NCBI GenBank assembly: GCA_951406725.2
Contig: OX597824.1
Location: 5,084,001 to 5,148,000 of the forward strand
Length of the DNA: 64,000 nucleotides
Source: Octopus vulgaris
Lineage: Eukaryota
Direction of reading: 5' to 3'
The notes under the pieces were generated by a model that was given only the letters and a program-made list of their open reading frames with translations, did not search any database and was not told where the DNA came from. Below are positions 13,441 to 26,724 of this stretch, piece by piece. Both the position numbers and the translations under genes were made by a program. How positions within the stretch are numbered: position 1 is the stretch's first letter; every line of letters starts with the position of its first letter.

Positions 13441-16400
13441 CCCGTTTTCCTAATATATAATAAATATTTTCCCTTTCGCATTTCTATTTGCCACCATTTT
13501 CTCTTAATCTTAATATTTCAGAAATCATTTCGTAAAATGAAAATCCATAACCGAAAATTATATCATTTTAAGAATAAGTTTGGGGGGGGGGGAGAAAAAA
13601 ATCCTACCGCCCTGTTGCCCCCCCCTCTCTTATCATGGATGTGTCACTGAATTCTCTTTTGCTTCTCTTTTTCTAACTTTGAAGTGGAAAAAAAGTTAGT
13701 GTGGCCGTTCTTTCCTTTCTTTCTTTCATCACTGACCCACGATCGAGAAGGAAGGAAAAAAAAATCTACGATTATCTTGGCTGACATTAAAAAAGAAAGA
13801 AGAAAAATGTCAATTCTTAATTCTAATTTCCGTTAAATAGTCTCTAAAATGACGGGAAATCTTCTCTTTGTATACATTAATTACATCGATCCTAAAAAGA
13901 AAAGTGTCTGTATATAATATATAAATATATATTTTGGCGATTTGCCTATATTTTAATAGTATTGAGGGTATTTTTGATATCTGGTTGTCTCCAGGTGAGC
14001 CCCAATGGAGTGTTTCCTTACGAAAGACATTCCAACCATGAGCATCCCTCTTTCTGTGTATTTAGTCTATAACTGCCTGACTTCTTTTTAGTTGTTGTTA
14101 GCTTTGGATTTGCGAGAAGGTTTGACTGCTATTTCCAGCAGGTCAGCCTTACACGTCGAGTCTTCCTCTTCTCCTCCACCCCACCCCCCCACCATTCGTT
14201 TGGCATGTGGTTGTAATTAAGGTTTTTTTTTTTTCATTAATAATGTAGTTAAGATATTATTACTCTTCTACTAATAAGTGTGACTAATGAGTGAATGGCC
14301 GACCAAACTGTTGGTTAATACAAATTGCCCTACAAACTGGTTCCTCGGTTGGTCGTCGCTGTTTAACAAAGTGCCCCACCCAAACTGGTCGCTTCTTGCT
14401 CGTATAACCTAGCTTTTATGGCTGTTGCTTACTCTTTCCCCCCCAGCTTCTTCTCTCTTTCTCTCCTTAGAAAAAAAATCCTTTTACTTTTCCACTGTTT
14501 TTAATTAAAACCATTAATTACATTCGTGTGCGCGCATTCAACGTAAAAAAATTTGCCCGGTTTTTTTTTTTGTCTTTTTTTTCTTTCAGGAGGAAATTCT
14601 TTTACTGTCAGCTTTAATTATAATGGAGTTGTTTTAGCCATGGGTCATCTCTGATTAAGCAGACTTATGATCTATATAACATTCCAGCCATGACTGTCCC
14701 TTTTTAGTAGCAGAGACTCTCTCTCTATATATAATCGAATGTGTCATTTCCTCCTTTTTATTTTTTAATTTCTTAAAGACTACAGTAATTTCAGGAAGAT
14801 TTGGATGTACAGCATCCAATTGTAGCTGATGGAGCCTAGTATCTTCCTCATTGCTTCAGCAATGGACGAACACTTTCTTTCCCATTACTGGTTTTGCCAT
14901 CCGTTTTTCCATCGTCGCCATCTGTGCTGACAGCTGTATGATGATATGATAGAATGTGTGTATAAAATGTCCATTTTTCCCCATGAAAGAAGCTTATATG
15001 CAATATATTATGTGGTGCTGTGTAGTCTCTGTCTTTTTAAAGAGAGCTTGGCACCATCCATATTGCTTTGAATATCATGGCAACTCCCTTGATTAGTAGA
15101 GTTCTTTCCACAGTGTAATAATAATATATATTGACGGTTAATAAATTATCCTCTTTGCTGCATATTCATTGCTTGAATGATTTCCTTCTACGAGACACAC
15201 ACGATTAATAATGTATGTACGGTGGTCATCTTTGTTGATTGTACTTGTTGATCAAATAATCATTCACCCCCCCCCCGTTTGTCATTCAAAACTATTGTTT
15301 TGTCATGAGAATTTTTTCACACGAATTGACACAGATTTGTGAAATCATTCCTGTCCCTTGAGTACAGGATTTTCGTTGCCTGCACACTCGCACCACTGTC
15401 CTAATCAAACTCTTAAATACTTATTCAAGATGCTTTATTAAAAGCGAAATTAACGAATTACATAATTGTGTTGTGCATTTTTGAGAATGCAATCTTGTAT
15501 CAGCAATCCTTCATAAACTCTTTGAACCTTCTCACCTGTGTTTAGGCTGTAATAAGGTTTAATTCCCTGTTATAATCCCTCAGTTATTTAACATTGAGTT
15601 CCTTTGTAATATATTTCGAATAATGGCAAACAATCCATTGTTTGCCTTCCCATAGCTTTCGTTTTATCTTCGTCGTCGTCCCCCACAGAATTGGTTCCTA
15701 TTTATAACTATAAAATAACCTACAAAAAATAAAAATTACGAAAAATCAGGGTTGCTTTTATTTCAGATTTGTTAGAATTTGACATTTGAAACTTGTAATA
15801 TCGGCAAATATTTCCTAATGCATTCAGTTCTTGCTCTCTTATTGCTCTATGACTGTCAGCTCATGATTCATCGTTGAGGTCACTCGTTTCAGGTTGACCT
15901 TTCTGTAAGATGTCAGACTTTCTGATGATTTAAAAACTGTTAAGTCTGTTACTGAAGAAGAATCAGTTTTACTTAGATTTAACAAAAAACAAACCCGATA
16001 CTATAGAGAACAAGGAAAAGAAACCCTTTACTATAAACGATGCTGGTTCAATATCCATTTGCCCCCAAATTCACTTTTCTTTTCGTGGTAAATCTAGTTT
16101 GAGGCCGATGATTCCAGATTTAAACGGCTCCCTTTCTTAAACAGGGTCTAATCTTCAGTGATATTGAATTCTAAAAAAATGACTTCATTGTTTTATACTA
16201 AAGGCTACCATTTCATCAGTTCCCGTTCGTTTTATGGTGGGTTGGATGGGTCTTCATCTTACCATTTCTGTGGCTCTTTATCAGCTCCTGTGTAAAGGCT
16301 CAGCCTCAGATCTGCTTTCACCATTTCCTTTGTCTTCCTTGTTATTCCTCTTCTGCACATTCTTCCCACTTGGATCACTTGGCACTTCCATTTACCATTC

Positions 16401-16533
16401 TGTCACTCTGCACATCACATATCTACTGGCTTTGTCTTTAATGTTTTTTAAATATTATAACCCCCTCCTCTCCAATTACCACCACCATCCCAATTTACTG
16501 ACACATTACCATTCTTAAATTTCTAGTTTTTAA

Positions 16534-16761
<228 letters not shown>

Positions 16762-19700
16762 TAACAGTGCCACCAGCAATGGTGTGCATGCAAATCAGTT
16801 TTTTTTATCCCTCAGAAATATATCATTTTGATATCATTTTGATATTGGAGACAGCCATATTTCTTTTGAATTTTGACAATTTGGTTTGCAGACAATGTTT
16901 TTTTGTTTTTTTTTTCTTTTTGTCGCTTCTGTTTCCAATATTTGTTCATGTTCCTCAGCCGTTCGTACACTTTCCAGTCAGAATATCAATTGGTCATGTT
17001 TTTACGGAAGGACGAACTTGCTTGTATTGATATTTCAATTTATGTTGAAATTTTAGGGATGTATATATAAGAACATATTCTAGTCCTTCTTTGAGATATA
17101 CTTTTCCAATGGAGTCACCTTATTTTCCAAAGGATAGTATGATTATATATTGGAATAGTTTTTTTTATTTTTTCCCATTGTTTGAAACCTATCTGTTCTG
17201 TGGTTGACATTGTATACATCCTAAATGCAGGATGAGATCTTAGACATTCAGTATGTGTGCAATTGTCATTTCAGGGTGTTGTTTTATCATGTCAAAATGA
17301 ATCTTTTATGCGTTCATTTTTTTTTCCCCTTCCACATATTGCAAAAGTGAATCCACTTTGCCTTTTTTCCTTTTTGGTTCATTGTGTAAAGTGGGGGGGA
17401 AAGTGTTTTTTGTTTTTTTTCAATGAATTATGAAATGGATTTTGTTTTGCATCTTTTGTTCATAAAAGAAAAAAAAACATACTGAGGGTAAAAAGAAAAA
17501 AAAATGGTGTGCCTAGGCTGGTTTTATCGTACTGAAGAATTTAGTTGAAATCGGTTACACTTTTGGTATTTTATATTTCGTTCTGTTTCACTTTTATAAA
17601 TATTTGAGCAAAGTCTTCTTTGCAACATCGAATTTTCAAACACGATCCACCTAGGGATGAAATAGTTAAGGTGACCTGTCAGCATTCCCAACTGAAGCTA
17701 CAGTCGTGTCCAGGTAAGCAACAATTGTAAATTTAACTGCATGTGATATTTTATTAGATATTTTAATTGTACTTAGAGTGAATTTTAGGTTTTTTTAGTA
17801 TTCTATCAAAATACCTGACAAGGGAGATGCATGCTGTTTCCTGTATTTAAAGCACTGTGATGTTGCCTTGCTTATTCCGAGTTGTGAATTATTGAGAAAC
17901 CTGGGATCTAGTCTTCTACTTCAGTTAAAGTTCTTGAAATATCCGGCCAAAGAGGAAATTGTTACAATATCCATATTCTTTACCATTAAACTTTGAAGTA
18001 TCAAAGGAAAATGTATTGAAGTTCCAAATGCCTTTTTTACTTTTAATGAATCCTTGGAATTCAGTTAGAATTCTGTCAACAAAGTATTCAATTATGAATA
18101 ATTAAGAATCTTATTCTAATTTAAGATTACAGATGAAATTGTAAAATTATTTGCAAAACTAAAATGAAAATCAAATATTGTATTCCTCTTCCTTGGAAAT
18201 CAAAATTACCGGTTTTCTTTGCAAGCTGGTAGCAACAGTCAAAGATCATAAAACTTGGAATCTGTCTACATTCCTGATCACATCATAGTCCTCTGTGGTG
18301 CTAGTCTTTTGTACATCCAGGTGCAATCCACAGATGTATTGTTCCAGATACTACATGCTCCTCCTAGTGGAGGGAATCATCCTACAGTGCAATTAGGTAC
18401 GAGTTTGAAATAGCCTGAAAGTTGGGTGTTGCAAATCTAGGAAGACATAGATTGATTCTACATGACAATTTCTCCTATTTCAATGAAACCATAGTATCGT
18501 ACAGGTTGTAGTTGGACTCCAGGTGAGCATAATTGTTACAAAATAGTTGCTTCAATGCTTTCTAATGACTTTTGAAAAGCTTTTTAGTTCAATTCTAAGG
18601 ATGATGTCTTCCCTGCCAACTGCTTTTTATTTTATTAATTTATAATTTTTTTTAATCAGTATCTCAGGTACTGTGAATTATCAGGTTTACTGCTTCCTTC
18701 AATTTGCTTGACCTGCTTTTCTGTCAATTTAAACAATTTTGTTATAATTCTAACAATTTCCAATGCATTTATTGGTATATTGAGTTGGTGTTTGGAACAC
18801 TTGTTGTTTTAGTTCAATGAAACTAACTGTTTAGCTACTAATGACATTTTGTTAGGGAACACTCTTGATATGGTATCTCAGGTGGTCAGGTGTTGTGAGT
18901 GATGACATGACTCGTGTGCAGTTGATGTTCAGGTTGGGTTTCAGTTGGTTTGATAGTTGTAAGGAAAATGAATAGGGAGACGATTCTAGAGGGTTGCAAT
19001 TCTGGGAAGGAATGATTGGGGCACAATGTCTAATGTAGGCTTTTGGCGTGAGGAATGGTGAGGGTGGCAGCTAATTTAGAGATGCTGCTGCTTCTGAGGA
19101 GATAAAATCAGAGTAAATTCTCTGCCAATGGTTGTCTACCATTTTTAATGTTTAGTCTCAAGAATGCCTTGAGGGTTGAAAGCAGTTAAATCAAGTAGAA
19201 CTGTCTCTACTTTTGATTTTGAAATATAAAAGGGATATATAATTATTTTTGGGAGGAAAAGCATCTTTCTTTTCCAAGGGCAGTTTCTAAATTGCAGTTT
19301 TAAATATAGTTATTGATTTAGATTATCTATTAATATTTCTTAAAACTTGATCAAATGTGGCATGAACTTTTAATCTTAAGATTTATTCGTATCTCATCTG
19401 TAAGATAAAAACATAACTTTACAATTAAATTATTTTAAAATGCTTTATATAAATTGTGTGTGAACAAATGGTTATGATTTTACAAAATTTTAAAGTGTTT
19501 CTACTGTAGAAACCGAAATGTGAATGCAATATGCAATGAATTCAAGACTCTGGTTTATGTAATCAGCAACATATACACTTGAAATGTAGTTTGCTTCTTA
19601 TATAGCCATAGTTCAATCAATGAAAGCTTTGTAAGTGAAATTTGCATGATAGAAGAAAGTACAGAAGCCTATTGTAAATTATTTCAAGATTTACAGACCC

Positions 19701-20963
19701 CCCCCCCCCCCGACAATGATTTCGACAGAAGTTATGTCCCTTCATGCTCCAGTCGACTTTTTTTTTTTCTTGCTTTCAAGTCTGATAAACTGAATGTCAA
19801 CGTTATAAAAGATTACATTCTTGAAATTTGCACTTCAACTTGACCGTATAGAATTTTAAAATCTAGAATTTTGATATCCCTAAACCCCATTAAGAATCAA
19901 ATGTAGCCTACATAAGTTTTATGGTAGCAGTGTGCAATGAGTAGTATTGGAGTCTCTTTTGCAGCTCTATGAATAAATTTCTTGGATATTTCAAATTTTT
20001 GTTCTTGCCTATAATGGGGACTACAGTTGTCAGCTGACATGGTTTAGAACCTAAAGTTCTTCACTCCACACAAATTGGTAAAGTGTAATTTAAAATTTGA
20101 AACCTACTTTCTCCCTGTAGTTCCTTGTTTTGTTTCATAATAAAATGGTATCAGGATAATTCCTTTTTGAGTTGTTCCAGGTTTGTTGAATGCTGTATCT
20201 TCGTTTTATGCCAGAAAATGGAAGCGTTATGTATTTCCCATTAACTCAGTGGTGTTGCAGAAACAAAGGATTTAGGTTTAGCCCAGTCTATTTACATATC
20301 CTCCAAAAGAATAAATCCATTGGAGAGGGCAAGTTTTAGAAACATAAATATTAATATTTCATGTTGAGCGGAACCAATTTACAATTGGTTTTCATGGTTG
20401 AAAGCATTTTGCTTTCACAGATATTTAAGTCGATTCTTTGGCTCAGTAGATAAAATATTACTGGTATCCTGCATTCGCCAAAAAGTTTTCGAGTGGATTT
20501 GCTCGATTTTGTTTTTATTCTCAAATTATTTGCTTTACAAGATTGTTTTGCTGAATTATATTTCCAACAGGTGTGTTTTAAATGTGTATTCATAACCTCA
20601 CCGGTACAATTAACTTTAAAAAAATCAGAAGTTTAGATTACTCAGTATTTCAATCTTGAAGTGAATGAATTCAAATTATCCACTTTTTCCTGATGCTGTT
20701 TTCAATTAAAGCAACACTGTTCATAAATAATGAAGTTCCTAAACTCCTTCATGTTCCAACCGGTGTTGGTCTTGGCATATTTCTTGTGTCTGCTGCCAAT
20801 CCATTTAGGTTCAAATGTTATGCTTTTATCCAACTATGGATGTCTTTGAATTTATACTGCTGCATAGATTTGTCAATTTTGTGGGTAAATTTTTTCCAAA
20901 ATACCATTTAACAATGGTTATAATTCCACCCAACTGGTGACTTTCCTTATTCACCTGATTCAG

Positions 20964-21206
20964 CAGTGGTTCTCAACTAGGGTTGTATGACTCCTGGGGA
21001 TCCATTATAAGATTTTGTTGCTAAAATTTAGATGCAATAAACTGGTTATATTTCTACAGTACACAAAATGTTGTAACAGTTTGTTTATATTGTTCCTAAT
21101 ATTTAATTATGAAAATAAAATGGGATTTTTGAAAATGTCGAATGGTTAAAAGATACCAACCAAGCAAAATGGGGATCCATAGGTAAAAAACGGTTAAGAA
21201 CCGCCG
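20964..21206. mobile_element. hAT/Charlie-like MITE in RhoA intron
   Basis: Imperfect TIRs CAGTGGTTCTCAAC / GTTAAGAACCGCCG. Flanking direct repeat ctgattcag / ctgatttag. Confidence 0.7.
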
Positions 21207-22820
21207 CTGATTTAGAGCTATTTCCTTCAAACGTATCACCCTGAATGGTAATATCCAAGTGTTAGAAATTGGATTTGGTTTGTTTCCTAAATGGCAAAAT
21301 CTTCAGGAGTTTCTGAGACTAACGATTCTCATTATCTAGCCATGTGTATTGTTAGGAAGAGCCATAGCTCTGTCAAATGTTAGTAGTGGAGGTCTTTTTT
21401 CTTTTTTTCCTATAATTTTCTAAGCTAATTTGTATTTAGACAATTTTTTTTTTTTTTCTGTTTTACCATATTTCATTATTGGTTTATTTAAAATCAATTT
21501 GAGTTTTCTTGGTCACTATTTTTTGTTCTTGATCAGTCTTGTGAAATTTTTTTTTTTCCATATTTGCACGATTGGTTAGTCATCCAATCATCTTAGTACT
21601 AAAAATGTTGCATGATTATATAATTTGTTTAGCATGGTTTTGTTTCGTTTTATTTCACTTGAGCACAATTCCATGAAATTTGTTTGCAGTATTTTAATCT
21701 ATTCAAATCCAGTGCTACAAGGATATATGTGAACTGAATATAACTGATTTGAAATTTGATGTTTATAATCACTGTATTTTTTCAAAATTATTTCCATGAA
21801 ATTTTAAATTGTAAACAATTAGTTGAAATTTTGATGTCATTCATTGTCAGTATTTTAATGCTTTCCTTAATGTAGCCTTGTAGGTTTATCAGTTTGTATA
21901 TCAGTAAGGTTTAAAGTGTGGTCAGACGCTAATTCTTGAAGGCATGTTGATGAAATATTTCCCAGGAGTTGAGAATGAGATATTTCAACTGCAAGTATCT
22001 TTGGGGAAGTTCAATAGTTTATAAAGCTTGGTTTAGTCGTATACTTGTTACAGCTATGAATTAGTATTCTGGACATTTCAATAGCCAGTCAAGCATGCTA
22101 ATGTATACCATCACTCATATCTCAGGTATTCCTTGGCTGTTCTGCAAGAAATCAGGTAGACTATTTCTCAATATTATCTATTAATCTATTAACTGGTTAT
22201 ATGAATTCCAATTTCACTAATCAGTATTCTATAGTAACAGATGGCTTTCCTATTTTGTCTTGGTTTATTCTATGATTGTTAATGAATTTTAAATGTTTCT
22301 TTTGAAACTCACATTAAAAAATTGGATTTTGATTAATTTTTTGTTTTGTTTTCAAGTCCGTGTGAAGAACTTTCACTCAAGTCATTCTGAGACAATCTCT
22401 GGGAAGAACTTTTAAAACTTTATAAAAGGAATTTGAACGTAGATATATTTACAGTTAACTTAGTATATTATTTCCAACTACCTAATGTTTTAACTTTGGT
22501 CATTTGTAAATTCAGTTGAACAAATGTAATTGGAATTATTTGTGCTTAATTAGTAGATGCTTTAAAAATTAAAGTTAAATGGCTCACGGATTTCTAAGTT
22601 TGGTAAAATACAAACTGGGTGGAGTATTTGGATTTGAACTGAAAACATTAACAACAAATCAAGTTGACTTGGTTGACTTGGTTGTCAGGAATGGTTACCA
22701 GAATTGTGTATTAGACTATCCTTCTGTATAGAGGTGCATTTTGTCTTTTGCTCACAACATAAAAGGTGAAGTTCCTCTGAGCTTGTGAGCAATAACTATT
22801 TTACATTGCTTAGATTGTAC

Positions 22821-23021
22821 TGGCATTTAAACTGGCCATATCCAGTTCAAATATATTCAAACCAGCTAGATCTGGCCTATCTCACCTACCCTACAATGTA
22901 ATTCTAAATCTATACAATCGCATCATTGAAAGCTCAAAGCTATGAGATAATGCACAATTAATTCAAAAAGCTGCGAATAAATAAGCATTACATTTGACAG
23001 AGGAATCTGGATGCTAAAGGG
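22821..23021. mobile_element. piggyBac-like MITE remnant
   Basis: Right end GCTAAAGGG|TTAA; left end degraded. Confidence 0.45.
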
Positions 23022-24880
23022 TTAAGCTGCTTGTCTCATAAATGTGAAGCTAAAGTAAATATTTACTTCCAAATTTATTAAGATTTGCTGAGTGAAGCCG
23101 TCCTCTTCTGCCAGCTAATTGGTGCATTCACCTTTTTCTTTGTTTGGAGAAAGGTAGATTATTGCCCACGACCATTGTATGTCTACTGGTCTTCATGCTG
23201 GCAGAGGGTCAATGTTTGGATGAGAAAGTGGGTAGAGATGTGAACTCAAAAGATTGGTGGCAGGGTGTCCAAAGAGAGGACACTAGCTTTTAGGAACAGA
23301 GGCCATTTTAGTAGTGAAGACAACAAAGAGACAGCCTGCTTTTGTGCTGGAGGGTGGAGTGGTGCTAGTGTTTGAATAGTTATTAGTTGTGATTTGTATC
23401 TCTTCTGTGATTCAGGATGTAAACTTTCTTCTGGAAAATGTTTCCTTTTTTCTTTCTTAATCTCAGAAGTCTTAGTTAAAACCCAAACTAGTTAGCAGTG
23501 ACTGATTTAGAAATAGTTCTAAACATAAGATCTTTTATTAAAGTTGCTGTGAGTATATGGTTTCACTGAATGAATATTAAGAGATTCTATCCTTAAAGGT
23601 TCATAAGTTTTAAACAAATTCCAGGAATGGTATTTTGAATGGATTCATCTTAGTTGCTCTTGGGTCTGCAAGGAAACTACTTGTCTTCATGATTTATTAA
23701 ATATTGAAGCTATAGTAAAATGAATCTTTGTGTGTATGATGAAGTTTGGAGCTACGGTATTTACTACTTTGATGGTATTTAAGTGAAATGCATTAACTTG
23801 GATTAATTTACTCCTCATAATGCCATTTGATAACGGACATGCTTGTTATTGCAAATATGCAATTTGTTACTTTAATCATAATTCACTTTTATTGACCAGA
23901 CTTGGGTGTTCTTATACAACATCGGTCACAATATGCTTCCATTTTTCTCTTGATTGGACTCAAATTGTTTCGTTGTTTTTCCATTGTCTTAGAGGCCTTC
24001 TGAATGGTTCTCGTCCCATCTCTTGGCGTCACTTGATAAACTGCGTGGGTTCACCTGTTGTCTTGTGACACATCTATCCTTGTGCAACTTGTTTTCGGAA
24101 TAATTCCATGATCACATTGTCCACTCCGCCCTTTTCTTTGAATTGTTTCGGATGTGTTCCCACAATGATATTCCTAGTATGGATCTTCCCTTGGCTCTCT
24201 TCTACAAGATATTTGCTAATTATGAGCAAATAGATTGCTATTTTTATTGGAAATTTCATTTTTAGATGCAGACAACTGAATATTTCGTACATGGATTGGA
24301 AATAATTTCGAATGTTGTGTCTATAAACTTTTTAATTACATTGTTCAATAGCAGGAAGCTAATTACAAAATTAGTGTTGTGAGTCAGGAAAATTTTTTCT
24401 TTCTCTTTTTTGTTTTTGCAAAAGTTTAGCAACTTAAATTCTGGAAGTTTTTTATTTATTTATTTATTTTTTGAGATTTTAAGTGTAATTGTTTTGTATT
24501 AGATGTAACATAGTAATTGTAATATAAATACTGAACTGTATTGATGAAATTGTAGTTAACGTTTAAACTGTAAGATTGTGTAAGTTTATAATGTAAAATC
24601 TTAGTATTTCAAGTTTTACAACTGTCACTGTCTCCTTCCAATCTGTTCCCATTCCCTCACACTTGTCCATACTTATCTAGCATCGCCTTAGGACCCACCC
24701 AGTTGCTCCCTTTTCTTAACTCATCACTAATCCCTTCCTTATCTCTCTGCCATACTTTCCTCCCATTAGTGATAATTACTGTTGCTTTCTCTATAAACTT
24801 TATCCTAACTGTTCATCTTGTCCTCCCTCTTCCCACTGTCCAGAACTACCACCCACCTTTCTCCTTCAGTTTAAGGGGCG

Positions 24881-24974
24881 AATTACAGCCATATAAAGCT
24901 GATTGCACCTTGTCTCGCCTGATCACCGAAGTGAAGCAATGTCGAGCCTGCAGGGTACTTAGATGGGTGACCGT
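24881..24974 (+). pseudogene. Degenerate, 3'-truncated 5S rRNA sequence (probable SINE head)
   Basis: tacagccata...tctcgcctgatcaccgaagtgaagcaatgtcgagcctg...gtacttagatgggtgaccg aligns by eye to metazoan 5S nt ~4-98, including the A and C boxes. No 5S 3' end or T-run terminator. Confidence 0.85.
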
Positions 24975-25145
24975 ATCCATGCAAATTATGAAGTGATCTT
25001 AATGCTGGTGACATGAAAAGCAACCAATACACTAAGTGGTTGGCATTAGGAAAGGAATCCAGCTATAGAGACCATACCAGACATTGAGCATGTTACAACC
25101 TATCGAACTAACCAGCCCATACCAGCAAGGAAGCTGGATATTTAT
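24881..25145 (+). mobile_element. 5S-headed SINE (SINE3-like) with family-1 core
   Basis: 5S head followed within about 30 nt by atgctggtgacatgaaaagca...agtggttggcattaggaaaggaatccagctatag. Confidence 0.6.
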
Positions 25146-25663
25146 TGATGTACACGTGTGTCTGTATTTCTGTGATTTTATTGGTCCCCATACGCTGATC
25201 CTGGAACATAGATTACTAAATATTTTTAGTTGTGACATGCTTTTACCTGCTTTGTCTAATAATGCCAAAATTGTGGCACAAATACATTGCAAGGAGAGAT
25301 TAATATTTCCATTAATCTTTATGGTTTTTTGGAGTTAACTTCATTTACATCTGCATTGTATTCCCTTAGCATTCATTCTAAGCTCTATTATTGATCTTGA
25401 TATCCTTCAAAATAGATAATTTTAAATTGGAATAAAATCACAAAAGCAGAACCCAAACAATTTAGAATTGTTACTTACTGTTAATACTGATTTACTCTTA
25501 TTTTATTGGGCATAGAAATGTTCAGATTTCCAGATAATGCTTGTAAATGCTTTGTGTAAGTAATGAAAGCTAAATACTCAAATACCACCAACATAGTGTA
25601 GTATTGGAAGAGCAATTAAGCCAAGATTATCTGCTGCAGTGATTGGTATTCAATATTGGTATT

Positions 25664-26035
25664 CATCATCATCATCGTTTAACGTCCGTTCTCCATGTTA
25701 GCATGGGTTGGACGGTTCGACCGGGGATCTGAGAAGCCAGAAGGCTGCACCAGGCTCCAGTCTTATCTGGCAATGTTTCTACAGCTGGATGCCCTTCCTA
25801 ATGCCAACCACTCCGTGAGTGTAGTGGGTGCTTTTTACGTGCCACCTGCACTGGTGCCAGGTGAGGCTGGCAACGGCCACGGTCGGATTGGTGTATTTTA
25901 TGTGCCACCGGCACGGAAGCCAGTCGAGGCGGTGCTGGCATCGGCCACGAGTCGGATAGTGCTTTTTACGTACCACCAGACCAGGGATCCTGGCTGGTTC
26001 AATTCGATTTCGATTTCGCTTGCCCCAACATGTCT
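25664..26035 (-). mobile_element. SINE-like family 1, just upstream of exon A acceptor
   Basis: Starts catcatcatcgtttaacgtcc and contains the reverse complement of the core. Confidence 0.85.
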
Positions 26036-26301
26036 TCGCTTTCTTACAAATACTCAAATTTATTTGCTATTAAAATTTGATCCAGTGGACATAAATTTTA
26101 AGTTTCTTTTCCTGCTCTAACTTTGCCAGCAACAAATTTGATGTTAAATGCTTTAACTTTTTCAAAATGAATTGTCAGTCAATGTGGCACTGGTTTAGTT
26201 AATTAACTTGTTTCATTTTTGCTGTCTTTGATTAATGCTGAAATTTGTCTGTTTCGAAAATAAATTCAATCCTTTTCTTTCTTTTTTTTCTTAAATTTCA
26301 G

Positions 26302-26724
26302 GTGGAATTGGCTTTATGGGATACAGCAGGTCAAGAGGATTATGATAGATTGCGACCGCTCTCCTATCCTGATACAGATGTTATATTAATGTGTTTCTCT
26401 ATTGATAGTCCCGACAGTTTAGAGAACATTCCAGAAAAGTGGACACCTGAAGTGAAGCATTTTTGTCCTAATGTTCCCATTATATTAGTTGGAAACAAAA
26501 AAGATCTGCGCAATGATGAAACTACACGTCGGGAATTGGCCAAGATGAAACAAGAACCTGTAAGAGCTGATGATGGCAAAGCAATGTCGGAAAAAATTGG
26601 TGCTTTCTCATATTTAGAATGTTCGGCCAAAACTAAAGAGGGGGTTAGAGAGGTGTTTGAAACGGCAACCAAAGCAGCTTTACAAGTCAAAAAGAAGAAA
26701 AGAGGAAGATGTATCTTGTTCTGA
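26302..26724 (+). CDS. RHOA: RhoA terminal coding exon A (codons 53-192, ends [11 protein letters not shown])
   Basis: Long pyrimidine tract then ttcAG|GTG at 26301/26302. Open 423 nt with WDTAGQE, NKKD and ECSAK motifs, a CaaX box and TGA stop. In phase with the first coding exon. Confidence 0.95.
   Translation: MELALWDTAGQEDYDRLRPLSYPDTDVILMCFSIDSPDSLENIPEKWTPEVKHFCPNVPIILVGNKKDLRNDETTRRELAKMKQEPVRADDGKAMSEKIGAFSYLECSAKTKEGVREVFETATKAALQVKKKKRGRCILF

Noticed and set aside
17655-17700. C/D box snoRNA (GGATGA...CTGA)
   Set aside because: The C box is non-canonical, the interval is short and no guide complementarity was recognised.
24881-24974. Functional 5S rRNA gene
   Set aside because: Many substitutions, missing 3' ~20 nt, no terminator and not in a tandem array.
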